Below, piece by piece: positions 18,191 through 27,364 of a DNA stretch of 64,000 nucleotides. Each line of letters opens with the position of its first letter. Position 1 is the stretch's first letter. A model generated the notes under the pieces. The model was given only the letters and a program-made list of their open reading frames with translations. It had not been told where the DNA came from and did no database searches. The DNA is from a virus (Duplodnaviria > Caudoviricetes): IMG/VR virus record IMGVR_UViG_2974707348_000001, positions 59,024 to 123,023 of that record; one strand, given 5' to 3'. Made by a program: the position numbers and the translations under genes.

Positions 18191-18240
18191 AAAAATAGTT
18201 GGGGCTTAGCCTTGACTATTTTTTTGTTTTATGATATAAT
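18191..18240 (+). promoter_or_regulatory. Terminator overlapping the dnaE promoter
   Basis: AAAAATAGTTGGGGC/GCCTTGACTATTTTT; TTGACT 18212-18217, 17 bp, TATAAT 18235-18240. Confidence 0.85.
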
Positions 18241-18280
18241 AGATATGTAATAAAATATTTAAAAATATAGGAGGAATTGA

Positions 18281-21200
18281 ATGACAGACTTAAACACATT
18301 AACATATCAAAACATTCACTCACACAGTTTTTATTCAAATATTTCAACGCATGACTCAGTTATCTCTCGTACAGATGTTGCAGAACGTGCTGTTGAGCTA
18401 GGACATACAACCTTATCATGTATTGAACATGGTTATATGGGGAACGTATTTGAAACTTATAGAATTGCTAAACAATTTAATCTTAAACTAATCTTTGGAA
18501 CAGAGTTCTATTATGTTAAAGACCGTTTTGAGAAAGACCGTACCAATTCCCATTTGCTCGTTGTAGCTAAGAATGAGAATGGTAAAGAAGCTATCACAGG
18601 ACTTATTTCAGAATCATACCAAACTGGATTCTATGGACGTAATCGTATTGACGAAGAATTATTATTTTCTCTTCCAAAAGACGATGTTATTGTAACAACT
18701 GCGTGTATTGCAAGTCCTATCAATCTTTATGAAGGATATGCTGAATACTTTATTCCAAAAGCTAAAGCTTACTTTGGCGACAATTTCTTTTTAGAAGTTC
18801 AACCACATTGGAATAAAAAACAAGCTGACTTCAACGAGAAGTTGATTGAGTACCGAAAAGAATATAATGTTCCTTTTATCTTAGGTGTTGATACTCATTA
18901 CATTAAAGAAGAAGACTACAAAATACGTGACATTTATCTTAAATCTCGTAAGATTGTTTATGATAAAGAAGAAGGGTTCTTCATGGATTATCCCGAAACC
19001 AAAACAATCATAGAGCGATTTAAAAAACAAAATGTTTTAAGTGATGAACAAATCATAGAAGCTTTTGATAACAGTCATGTTGTTGATGAGTTCGATGCTA
19101 TTGTAATCAACGATGATATTAAGATGCCATCTGTTTATCCAGATAAGACTGAGAAAGAAAAAGTTAAAATTTTAAAGAAACATATTAATAAGGCTTGGAT
19201 TGAAGACCGCAAACATATTTCAAAAGAACGTCATAAAGAATATATTGAAGCAATTCAATCTGAAATGTCCATTGTAGAGAATACTCATATGACAGATTAT
19301 TTCTTGATGAATGAGAAAATTATTAGTTTAGGTAAAGAAAAATATGGCGGAGTCTTGACTAAGACTGGACGTGGGTGTTTTGAAGAAACAGCTCTTGTTC
19401 AAACAAAAGATAGTCTTAAAAAGATATCAGAAGTAGAAGTTGGAGACAAGGTTATCAATCGCTTTGGAGAATGGGATAACGTAATTAATAAATTCACTTA
19501 CGATATTGAAGAAGAAATGATTCAAATTGACCACTTAAATAGTGCTGGAAAATACAATCCTATCATTGCAACCTTTGACCACAAAATCCTTATCAAAGAT
19601 GGTAATGGAACTAAATTTGTTCAAGCTAAAGATTTGACTAAAAATGACTATGTTGTGTTACCAAAACTTAAACATATTGTTGAAGAAACTTATCGTAAAG
19701 ATTTTATTGACCTCAACGACTTTAACGACTTTGGATTCGAATATGATGATAAGTTTATTTATGAGACATATGAAGGGGCAAATAATCGTAGATACAATAA
19801 AACCATTAACCGCTTCATTCCTAATGACAAAGTACATAATATTTTTGTCGGATTAATGTATGGTGATGGCAATGTACACCGAAATGATGTAAGTCTATAT
19901 GTCAATACCAAAACGCATAAAATTTATAAGAATAAAAATATTTTTAAACTTATCTCTGATAGGGTTGGAGTTTCAATGAAAGTCTACTCAGCTAAGAATA
20001 AGAACTTAGAACATCTAATTTCTACCTCTAAAATCTTTGCTTCATTCATTAAAAAAGAATACTTTACATCCAATAAAGATAGTTTTAAGAAATTTAATAA
20101 ATCTCTCTTTAATCAGTCTAATGAAAACTTGTCAGGGTTAAAAGAAGGTCTCATCCTTTCAGATGGCTCTGTTTCAGATGGTAGAATTTCATTTGATAAC
20201 ACCTCTAAAGACTTGATGTATTCCTATAAAAAATTAAATGATATTCTTCACGAGACTCCTGTATCTATGAGTGTTCGTCTTAAACATATAGACTCACGGG
20301 GTTATACTTCAAAAGAATCTTACAAAATGAGAAAAAGAGATGATAATGTTTGCAAAACTGCTTCGAGAGTCTTAGAAGATGAAGAACATTTCTATCTGCC
20401 TATCACTAAACTAACTATCATTCCAAAACGTAAGACAAAAGTTTATGATTTACAAGTAGAAAATGACCCTAGTTTTGTTATCTATAATATGGTTGTGCAC
20501 AATTCAGCCCCTTCTTTCTACTTAAATAAACTACTTGATTTTACAGCAGTAGACCGTGTCAATTCGCCATTAAAATTATATCCTACTCGTTTTATGTCAG
20601 AATCACGTATCTTGGAGGCTCGCAGTTTGCCTGACGTGGACTACAATACAGCAGACCCAGAGCCTTTTATGAAAGCTCAAAAAGAGATTTTAGGTGAAGA
20701 CAATGCTTATCAAATGATTGCTTATGGAACAATGCAAGAAAAAGATGCTTTCAAAACATATTGTCGTGGGTTAGATATTCCGAAAAATGAATACTGGACA
20801 ATTGCAGAAGACCTTGAACGTTGGGTTAAAACTGATAAGTGGAGAGATATTATTAAAGCTAGTCAGCAATTCATTGGAGTCGTAACTTCTTTCTCACCTC
20901 ATCCATGTTCATCATTGTTGCTTTCAGACCCTATCTCTCGCAAGATTGGTGTTATTAAAACAAAAGAAGGTGTCGACGTTGCTCTAATTGGTTCTTATGA
21001 TTCTGATGTATATAAATATCTTAAAAATGATTTATTAGTTGTTACGGTTTGGGATATTATTGCTAAAGTATGTAAAGAATTAAATATTGAAATTCCTGAT
21101 GTACGTACTCTTACAAAACTAGTAGAGAGTAATGATAAAGTATGGGATTTGTATAAAGATGGAATGGTTGCAACTCTCAATCAAGCTGGAACACCATCTG

Positions 21201-22570
21201 GTAAACCTCAAGTGATGCAATATAAACCTCAAAGTGTTCGTGAATTAAGTATGTGGGTTGCAGGTATTCGCCCTTCATTTGCAAGTATGAAATCCTACTT
21301 CTTAAATAGACAACCTTTTAGCTATAATATTCCAGCCTTTGATGAACTTCTTAAAGACAGTGATAACTTCGTGCTCTTTCAAGAGTCAATTATGGCAACC
21401 TTACAATTTGCTGGATACGAAGAAGATGTTACCTACGGACTTCTTAAAGCTATTGCTAAAAAGAAAAAAGGCATCATTGAACCTATTCACGACAAATTCA
21501 TTGAAGGGTTTGTAGCTAAGACTGGCTCAAAAGAACAGGCATTAAAAGTTTGGACTATCATTGAGAATGCCGTAAATTATGGTTTTAATTCTAGTCATGC
21601 TTACTCTGTTGCGTTAGATTCACTATATGGTGCATGGCTCAAAGCTACTTACCCTCTTGTTTATTTTGCTGTAGTACTTAATGTATATAAGAACTCTAAA
21701 GATAAACAAGCTGAATTAATCAACGAATTAGAATACTTTGGAATCACTCTTAAAGGATTGCAATTTGGTAAATCTAAATCAGACTATTCATATGAAACAG
21801 ATACTAACACTATCTATAAAGGTATTTCTACTGTTGCGTATCTTAATCAGCAAGTTGCAGACAACCTCTATAATCTTGCAAAAGAGAAACGTTATGAAAA
21901 AGATGATATTATTCAACTCTTTCTTGATATCTTAGATGGTGCTCTTGCTGACAACCGACAAATGAATATCTTGATTAAACTTGGATTCTTTAAAGAATTT
22001 GGTGAAGAATCAACACTTCTTGAACTCTACAACACTATGACTGGATATCAAACTAAAAAGCCTAATCCTATCTTTACAGACAATAAAAAGCTCGATGTTA
22101 AATATTCACGTACACACAAAGAGAAAACTAAACTTGTACGTATTGAAAACATTAAAGAATATTATGGTTTGATATTGAAAAATGCTCATCTACTTCCTAC
22201 AACTAATCTATTCGATAGACTTACAAGTGAAGTTGAATACATGGGATATGCTGAAACTCTTGACCAAAGTCTTGGCAAAAATGTCTACGTTGTTATGGAT
22301 ATTAATACTAAGTATACACCAGTTTATACTCTATACAACATGTATGATGGACATGTCTCTGTTGCTAAGATTGATAAGAAAAAGGCTTACCGTGATACAA
22401 AATCAACCAAAGATGGAGAATTAATCATCAAACTTGGAGACAAAATTGAAGTTATGGAATTTACGCAAAGACCTAAGATGGCTTTAGTTGATGGTAAATG
22501 GGAATCAAACTATGACCAAATGCAAGATTATATCGAACACGTTCGAATGATTGAACGTTATAAAGATTAA
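18281..22570 (+). CDS. dnaE: DNA polymerase III alpha subunit (DnaE-type) containing an intein
   Basis: PHP domain HSHSFYS and DTHY; GRG|S; PDVD; SPHP; KND; FQE; YGFNSSHA. Confidence 0.93.
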   Translation: MTDLNTLTYQNIHSHSFYSNISTHDSVISRTDVAERAVELGHTTLSCIEHGYMGNVFETYRIAKQFNLKLIFGTEFYYVKDRFEKDRTNSHLLVVAKNENGKEAITGLISESYQTGFYGRNRIDEELLFSLPKDDVIVTTACIASPINLYEGYAEYFIPKAKAYFGDNFFLEVQPHWNKKQADFNEKLIEYRKEYNVPFILGVDTHYIKEEDYKIRDIYLKSRKIVYDKEEGFFMDYPETKTIIERFKKQNVLSDEQIIEAFDNSHVVDEFDAIVINDDIKMPSVYPDKTEKEKVKILKKHINKAWIEDRKHISKERHKEYIEAIQSEMSIVENTHMTDYFLMNEKIISLGKEKYGGVLTKTGRGCFEETALVQTKDSLKKISEVEVGDKVINRFGEWDNVINKFTYDIEEEMIQIDHLNSAGKYNPIIATFDHKILIKDGNGTKFVQAKDLTKNDYVVLPKLKHIVEETYRKDFIDLNDFNDFGFEYDDKFIYETYEGANNRRYNKTINRFIPNDKVHNIFVGLMYGDGNVHRNDVSLYVNTKTHKIYKNKNIFKLISDRVGVSMKVYSAKNKNLEHLISTSKIFASFIKKEYFTSNKDSFKKFNKSLFNQSNENLSGLKEGLILSDGSVSDGRISFDNTSKDLMYSYKKLNDILHETPVSMSVRLKHIDSRGYTSKESYKMRKRDDNVCKTASRVLEDEEHFYLPITKLTIIPKRKTKVYDLQVENDPSFVIYNMVVHNSAPSFYLNKLLDFTAVDRVNSPLKLYPTRFMSESRILEARSLPDVDYNTADPEPFMKAQKEILGEDNAYQMIAYGTMQEKDAFKTYCRGLDIPKNEYWTIAEDLERWVKTDKWRDIIKASQQFIGVVTSFSPHPCSSLLLSDPISRKIGVIKTKEGVDVALIGSYDSDVYKYLKNDLLVVTVWDIIAKVCKELNIEIPDVRTLTKLVESNDKVWDLYKDGMVATLNQAGTPSGKPQVMQYKPQSVRELSMWVAGIRPSFASMKSYFLNRQPFSYNIPAFDELLKDSDNFVLFQESIMATLQFAGYEEDVTYGLLKAIAKKKKGIIEPIHDKFIEGFVAKTGSKEQALKVWTIIENAVNYGFNSSHAYSVALDSLYGAWLKATYPLVYFAVVLNVYKNSKDKQAELINELEYFGITLKGLQFGKSKSDYSYETDTNTIYKGISTVAYLNQQVADNLYNLAKEKRYEKDDIIQLFLDILDGALADNRQMNILIKLGFFKEFGEESTLLELYNTMTGYQTKKPNPIFTDNKKLDVKYSRTHKEKTKLVRIENIKEYYGLILKNAHLLPTTNLFDRLTSEVEYMGYAETLDQSLGKNVYVVMDINTKYTPVYTLYNMYDGHVSVAKIDKKKAYRDTKSTKDGELIIKLGDKIEVMEFTQRPKMALVDGKWESNYDQMQDYIEHVRMIERYKD
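19376..20503 (+). mobile_element. Intein (376 aa, Cys366-Asn741) with LAGLIDADG endonuclease
   Basis: GRG|CFEETALV start; TFDHKIL block B; GLMYGDG and GLILSDG motifs; VYDLQV...VVHN|S end. Confidence 0.93.
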
Positions 22571-22580
22571 ATAGATTTGT

Positions 22581-22622
22581 AATACACCTGTAATTGACTT
22601 TATAGGTATATTTTGGTATAAT
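22581..22622 (+). promoter_or_regulatory. Hairpin with the -35 box as its loop, plus promoter
   Basis: Arms 22581-22593 and 22600-22612, loop TTGACT; TATAAT 22617-22622. Confidence 0.8.
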
Positions 22623-22654
22623 TAATATATAGAAAACGTAAGGAGAAAAAAATA

Positions 22655-22825
22655 ATGGAATTAAAAGAAATTGAACCAGCTATCATTGGGTTTACTGGTG
22701 GACTGGGTGACCACGAATATGTACTTGAACGTGGGGAAGTCACAAGCATAGGGTATTTTACAGAAAATGAAAATCTCTACACAGAAACACAGGTCAAAGA
22801 ATTACTTGAAAGTAGAGGAAAATAA
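22655..22825 (+). CDS. Small hypothetical protein (56 aa), not in the ORF track
   Basis: AAGGAG RBS after the promoter; MELKEIEP...LYTETQVKELL. Confidence 0.7.
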   Translation: MELKEIEPAIIGFTGGLGDHEYVLERGEVTSIGYFTENENLYTETQVKELLESRGK

Positions 22826-22826
22826 C

Positions 22827-23159
22827 ATGAAAATTAATTTAAACAACGAGGAACTTTTACAAATGATGCTTGAACCACAAGAATTTAACGATGTTAATTT
22901 AATCTTTGTTCGTCTTACATCAGAAGGTCTATCACCAGAAGATTGGTATCTTACAGAAGTTCCTTCTGACCGTGTTTATCTTTTTGAAAATACAACTAGT
23001 GATAAATTCTTTGATATTTATTTCTTGAACGATGATATCGTTCGTCCACAGTATTTTACATCCCCAGAAAATTGGGATGGTAAAGTAGAAACATATATTA
23101 ATATTCATGATGCAGAAACAATCAAAGAAGCTATTGAAAAATACGAAATAGGAGAATAA
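22827..23159 (+). CDS. Acidic hypothetical protein
   Basis: ATG 22827 after GAGGA RBS. Confidence 0.65.
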   Translation: MKINLNNEELLQMMLEPQEFNDVNLIFVRLTSEGLSPEDWYLTEVPSDRVYLFENTTSDKFFDIYFLNDDIVRPQYFTSPENWDGKVETYINIHDAETIKEAIEKYEIGE

Positions 23160-23161
23160 AA

Positions 23162-23509
23162 ATGAATAAAGCAATAGAATCACAACTAAAAAGAATCGAG
23201 CCTATCTCGAAATTAAAAATATTCACTGGTGACACCAAAGTCTATGATACAGTTAAAAAATATAATGACCAGATTAAAGAGGTGGATGTTTACACTCAGG
23301 AACAAATGATTGAATTTGCAAAATTTGTTTCTGGTTATACAGCTGAGTATGTTTCTTATGAAATGGAGGAGGATTGTTGGGAAATGCAGGGTCATATGTT
23401 AGGAATATCCTATAGTGCAAAAAATGCAATTGAAGAGTTATTTGAAGATGATGATGAAGAAGAATTTCAAGATAGCCACCCAAAACTTACTCTCGAAGAT
23501 TTCTTTTAA
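23162..23509 (+). CDS. Acidic hypothetical protein
   Basis: AGGAG RBS. Confidence 0.65.
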   Translation: MNKAIESQLKRIEPISKLKIFTGDTKVYDTVKKYNDQIKEVDVYTQEQMIEFAKFVSGYTAEYVSYEMEEDCWEMQGHMLGISYSAKNAIEELFEDDDEEEFQDSHPKLTLEDFF

Positions 23510-23553
23510 AATCCGTTAGTACTATGATTAATTAAATAAAACACACTTATCTC

Positions 23554-23582
23554 TTGACAATCATCTGTCATTATGATATAAT
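23554..23582 (+). promoter_or_regulatory. sigma70-type promoter
   Basis: TTGACA, 17 bp, TG-A-TATAAT. Confidence 0.8.
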
Positions 23583-23646
23583 ATATATATAGGTTAAAGC
23601 AATAGCCTAAACAATAAAACTCAATTCCAAAAGGAGAAAAAACACT

Positions 23647-23889
23647 ATGTCTACAAAATTCTACGCACTATACAATGGTACTCGTAAAGAAAAACATTCA
23701 GGAACTGAACGTGTCTTCGATAAGAAATCTGGGAAACGTGTTCAAAAACAAGTTGAACGTGAAGTCTCTGTTGGAACTTCTTACGTGTTTGATTTGTTAT
23801 CTGAGACACGGATTGGTGCTCGTCAAGAAGCATTAGCAATTGCTCGTGAAGACGGACTTAAATTTGCAGGTTTGCATTTGTATAAATAA
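23647..23889 (+). CDS. Small basic hypothetical protein
   Basis: Own promoter; AAGGAG RBS. Confidence 0.7.
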   Translation: MSTKFYALYNGTRKEKHSGTERVFDKKSGKRVQKQVEREVSVGTSYVFDLLSETRIGARQEALAIAREDGLKFAGLHLYK

Positions 23890-23890
23890 T

Positions 23891-23922
23891 AAAAAAGAGA
23901 GAAATTAATTCTCTCTTTTTTT
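23891..23922. terminator. Bidirectional terminator at the convergence of the two genome arms
   Basis: AAAAAAGAGAGAA-ATTAA-TTCTCTCTTTTTT. Confidence 0.8.
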
Positions 23923-24585
23923 TGCAATATTTTCAAGGTCTTTAAACATCTTATCAACATCAAATTCTTTAGGAACTTTTGCTTCTTTAACGATTGTCTT
24001 TGTGGCAGTCGTTTTCTTTTTAGTTCCAGTTGCTTTTTTCTTAGTGCCCTTTTTAGGCTTTTTAAGAGCTTCAATCTCTTTCTTGGTATAAGCTTTAGGC
24101 TTAGTCCATTCAAGTCCATTCTTGACGAGATAAGCGTATGCAACAGCCATTGCGTCAGACTCATCATCAGAATTAAATGTGATGTTTAAATGTTTACTTA
24201 AGATGTCTGCAACTTCTTCTTTACTTGCATTTCCTTTATATAGCGTTTCACGTATTGTTTTTGCTGGATAATAAATATTATCAACCTCGGAAAAGACTAG
24301 GTTGAATATTCCATGAACACGGAACACTACCTGAGTAGATTTATTGAATCGTGTGAATCCTCTTTCAATTACAGCGACACTAGGTGGATATTTTCTTGTA
24401 AGTTTGATTAATTCTTCATAGATAAATCTTAGCTTCTTTGGATTCCTCATTTCTTCTGGAAGATTCTTATAGTCTTTGATGTTGTCCGTTCTTATACCAC
24501 CAACATATACTATTTCTTTAGTGTCTTTGTCTATAATAACAATACCAGAGTTCTTCAACGAAGGGTCTAGTCCATATATATACAT
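23905..24585 (-). CDS. ruvC: RuvC-like Holliday junction resolvase with a Lys-rich tail
   Basis: GLDPSLKNSG, VIE, KxxLxxGxAxKEEV and DESDAMAVA motifs. Confidence 0.85.
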   Translation of the reverse strand: MYIYGLDPSLKNSGIVIIDKDTKEIVYVGGIRTDNIKDYKNLPEEMRNPKKLRFIYEELIKLTRKYPPSVAVIERGFTRFNKSTQVVFRVHGIFNLVFSEVDNIYYPAKTIRETLYKGNASKEEVADILSKHLNITFNSDDESDAMAVAYAYLVKNGLEWTKPKAYTKKEIEALKKPKKGTKKKATGTKKKTTATKTIVKEAKVPKEFDVDKMFKDLENIAKKREN

Positions 24586-24602
24586 AAATAACTCCTTAAC
24601 TC

Positions 24603-24630
24603 AAAAAATGGTGAGTATTTCACCCACCAT
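24603..24630 (-). terminator. Terminator after the holin
   Basis: ATGGTGGGT-GAAAAT-ACTCACCAT followed by a T run on the - strand. Confidence 0.7.
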
Positions 24631-24638
24631 GTTCAATC

Positions 24639-25046
24639 TTATTCTTTAATTGTATCTGCAACTTCTAATGCTGTAACATTTGCTTGAATAGATGGAGCTT
24701 CTAACGTTACTTTCTCTGTCATACCTTGTTTGAAATTAGCAACAGATGCTTCAATTAACATATTCAATTCAGCGTCTGTGATTTTGATTCCTTTTTCAGA
24801 TAGAATTTCAAGAGCTTTATTTTTAGCTTCATTATATTTAGTTTTATTATCAGCTTCATTAAATACTTGTTGAACATATTTTACAGCTAGGTCTACAATT
24901 GTTTTGTTTGCATCTAGCTTGGCTTTGATTGCATATTTATCTGCAACTCGTTGTACTTGTATTCCTGCAATTTTTGCAAGATATCCAATAATAGCTACCA
25001 AGAGGGCTAAAAGTATAGGTGTAATTGCTTGTAGTAATTCATTCAT
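24639..25046 (-). CDS. Holin (LL-H family-like)
   Basis: N-terminal TM helix; AVxYVQQ..KxxxA..IEAxV pattern. Confidence 0.8.
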   Translation of the reverse strand: MNELLQAITPILLALLVAIIGYLAKIAGIQVQRVADKYAIKAKLDANKTIVDLAVKYVQQVFNEADNKTKYNEAKNKALEILSEKGIKITDAELNMLIEASVANFKQGMTEKVTLEAPSIQANVTALEVADTIKE

Positions 25047-25219
25047 TATTTATTTTCTCCTTTGTTTAAAATAATATTTCCGTCTTTATCACGGTTTTTA
25101 TCGAGTTCTTTTATTCTAGCCTCTACTTGTTTTTTCAAGAAAGCTGGAACACGTTCTCTTGTTATTTTACCTTCTAAGATATTCAAAGCATATAAGGTTG
25201 TAATTCCTTCGTAAGCCAT
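25046..25219 (-). CDS. Small CD1375/XkdX-like protein (57 aa), not in the ORF track
   Basis: AAGGAG RBS; YAxxIxxGxxTxxxVPxxLxxxV; TAATG overlap with the holin. Confidence 0.65.
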   Translation of the reverse strand: MAYEGITTLYALNILEGKITRERVPAFLKKQVEARIKELDKNRDKDGNIILNKGENK

Positions 25220-25222
25220 AAA

Positions 25223-25513
25223 CTATACTCCTTTCGGACTGATTAAGTCCATTAAATCAAATACAGATTGTTCATTAATTGTCACACGACCTTCAAGTTC
25301 ATTAATATCTGATTTTTGTTTTTCAATAATACTATCTTTGTCTTCTTCCCAGATACCACGTTCATAGTTGTAGCGTGGAAACAAAATATTTTCGTTAGGT
25401 GGTGTACGGACAAGACCCGCTCCTAGAGGAAGTTGGTCGTCCACTTGATATGTCTTGTAGAATTTTCCATCTACTTTTTCACTTAACGGTTGATAAATTG
25501 TAATTGTTGCCAT
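25223..25513 (-). CDS. Tail-fibre-assembly-like small protein
   Basis: PP...FPRY..xxxWEE followed by a coiled coil; located after the fibre genes. Confidence 0.55.
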   Translation of the reverse strand: MATITIYQPLSEKVDGKFYKTYQVDDQLPLGAGLVRTPPNENILFPRYNYERGIWEEDKDSIIEKQKSDINELEGRVTINEQSVFDLMDLISPKGV

Positions 25514-25528
25514 TTTTCCTCTTTTCTT

Positions 25529-27364
25529 TTATGCAATTCTTCTCCATCTGTATACAGAAATTGATGGTTGCCAGTTATTATGGTTTGTGTTATCACCACT
25601 ATTTTGAACACTAGAACCATCACTATCCTGTTTGGTGAATAATCCATTATTAGTAGCATTTTCTGCTACAACTTGTGTCCCTCTAACCGATACCTGAGGA
25701 TTTACAAAACCACCATCACCCCATGCGAAAGCGTGTGCTTGATGTCCATTAAAATTTTTAAAATAGTGACTATGTGATGTTAAGGGGTTAACTGAACCTA
25801 CAGACCTATTTCCGCTATTGATTGAATCGTCTCCTTCATCAACACCAACTGTCACACGACCATTACCGAATCGTTCCCAGCTACCTCCCATGATATTAGC
25901 AGGGTTTTCGCTGTTAGTACTCTCAAAAATACATCCTACTGGATAAAATATGTCAATTAGCTTTTTGCCATTTATTGACATATCACCAGAGACTTGGAAA
26001 TTTTCTCCCCCCTCTTCAAACACTTTTCCTACTGATGCACCAGTTGTTCCCCAAGACATCGGTACTTGTGCCACAGGAATAACTGTAGTTGATACAGTCG
26101 ACATAAATTCATCGTACATCGTAATTCTAATATTATATACTTTATCTATGTCTATAGCATCTTTAACTATTTTTCCTGACCAACTTTCCTGAGTGGCACT
26201 ACTATTTTGCTCTAATAAAATCCAACTTTTATTTATCGGTTGATATTCTATTTTATACCCCATAATATTATCAACACTAATTGCTTTTGAAGTACCTGAC
26301 CATGTAATATCTACGATTTCTTGAGCATCTTTCCTTCTTTGAGCTGATATTGTAGTTGTGGGGTTACTATACGGTGCTAGATTAATAGGTTTAGAGGAAG
26401 TAGCTTCATATCCACGACTATCAGTTACAGTAACTATAATATCTAATTTTCCAGACTCCGCAACAAACCCTGACACTATAGAGCTTCCTGTATATGTCGC
26501 ATTACCAACCTTTGTTTCAATTTTAGAAATTGAACTATACATTTTAGGGCTTGCATCAACATTTACTTTAAGTTTTGATTTTGATTGAACATATATAGCT
26601 CCCACTGCCGTGGTTACTTCTGGATTTCCTTCTGATATTGCAAAGTCATGAATAACTGGTTGAAATCTACTATCATTAACCGTATTTATTGTTAATCTTG
26701 CACTAGAAGAACCTATTTTTGTTCCACCACTATATGTGTCGCAAACTATCGTTCCCCAACCAGAAGTTTCATTCGGAATGTACCTTGACAAATCTATGTT
26801 TGGTGTAAAATCATAATCAACATAATTAATTTCACTTGCGAAAGTATTATCATCACTCCCAAACTTAAACGTTAGGGTATGTGTAAAACTTTCACTAGCT
26901 CTATTGATATGTATGCTTGTTTTTTCTCCAAAGTTAATTGTTGATGGATGAATAGATATTGAACTTGTACGTGGGATAGTATTTAATGTACCATCCCCCG
27001 AAACAGTCCTATTCCCATAGAAAACTCCATTGAATGTTACATTTATGTTGTATGTAGCAGAGAAACCAAATGATTTTGTTCCATCTGCATTGTGAGGTAT
27101 AGTCCAATTTCCTGCAAAAAGCAATTTCTTTTGATTTGCACCTAAGTTAGAAGAATTTGTCCATGTTCTTCTTTCTCCGTTTATTGTCATAGAACCTGCA
27201 TTTTGAACTGGGGCATACATTGCTCCATAAACGTCCATTGATTGTAAAAATAATTTACCTGTAATAACAGAGTTATTACTAGGTATGCTTTGAGATGCTA
27301 TGTTCCACTCAAAGACTAACCTATGTCTCGCAAATGAGACATAGGTAGAGCCACTTGAAGCCAT
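25529..27364 (-). CDS. Minor tail/baseplate protein (DUF859-like) with gp10-like C-terminus
   Basis: PHNADGTKS, IPRTS, YPVGxI..NP..GGxWERF and HNNWQP..VYRWRR motifs. Confidence 0.75.
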   Translation of the reverse strand: MASSGSTYVSFARHRLVFEWNIASQSIPSNNSVITGKLFLQSMDVYGAMYAPVQNAGSMTINGERRTWTNSSNLGANQKKLLFAGNWTIPHNADGTKSFGFSATYNINVTFNGVFYGNRTVSGDGTLNTIPRTSSISIHPSTINFGEKTSIHINRASESFTHTLTFKFGSDDNTFASEINYVDYDFTPNIDLSRYIPNETSGWGTIVCDTYSGGTKIGSSSARLTINTVNDSRFQPVIHDFAISEGNPEVTTAVGAIYVQSKSKLKVNVDASPKMYSSISKIETKVGNATYTGSSIVSGFVAESGKLDIIVTVTDSRGYEATSSKPINLAPYSNPTTTISAQRRKDAQEIVDITWSGTSKAISVDNIMGYKIEYQPINKSWILLEQNSSATQESWSGKIVKDAIDIDKVYNIRITMYDEFMSTVSTTVIPVAQVPMSWGTTGASVGKVFEEGGENFQVSGDMSINGKKLIDIFYPVGCIFESTNSENPANIMGGSWERFGNGRVTVGVDEGDDSINSGNRSVGSVNPLTSHSHYFKNFNGHQAHAFAWGDGGFVNPQVSVRGTQVVAENATNNGLFTKQDSDGSSVQNSGDNTNHNNWQPSISVYRWRRIA

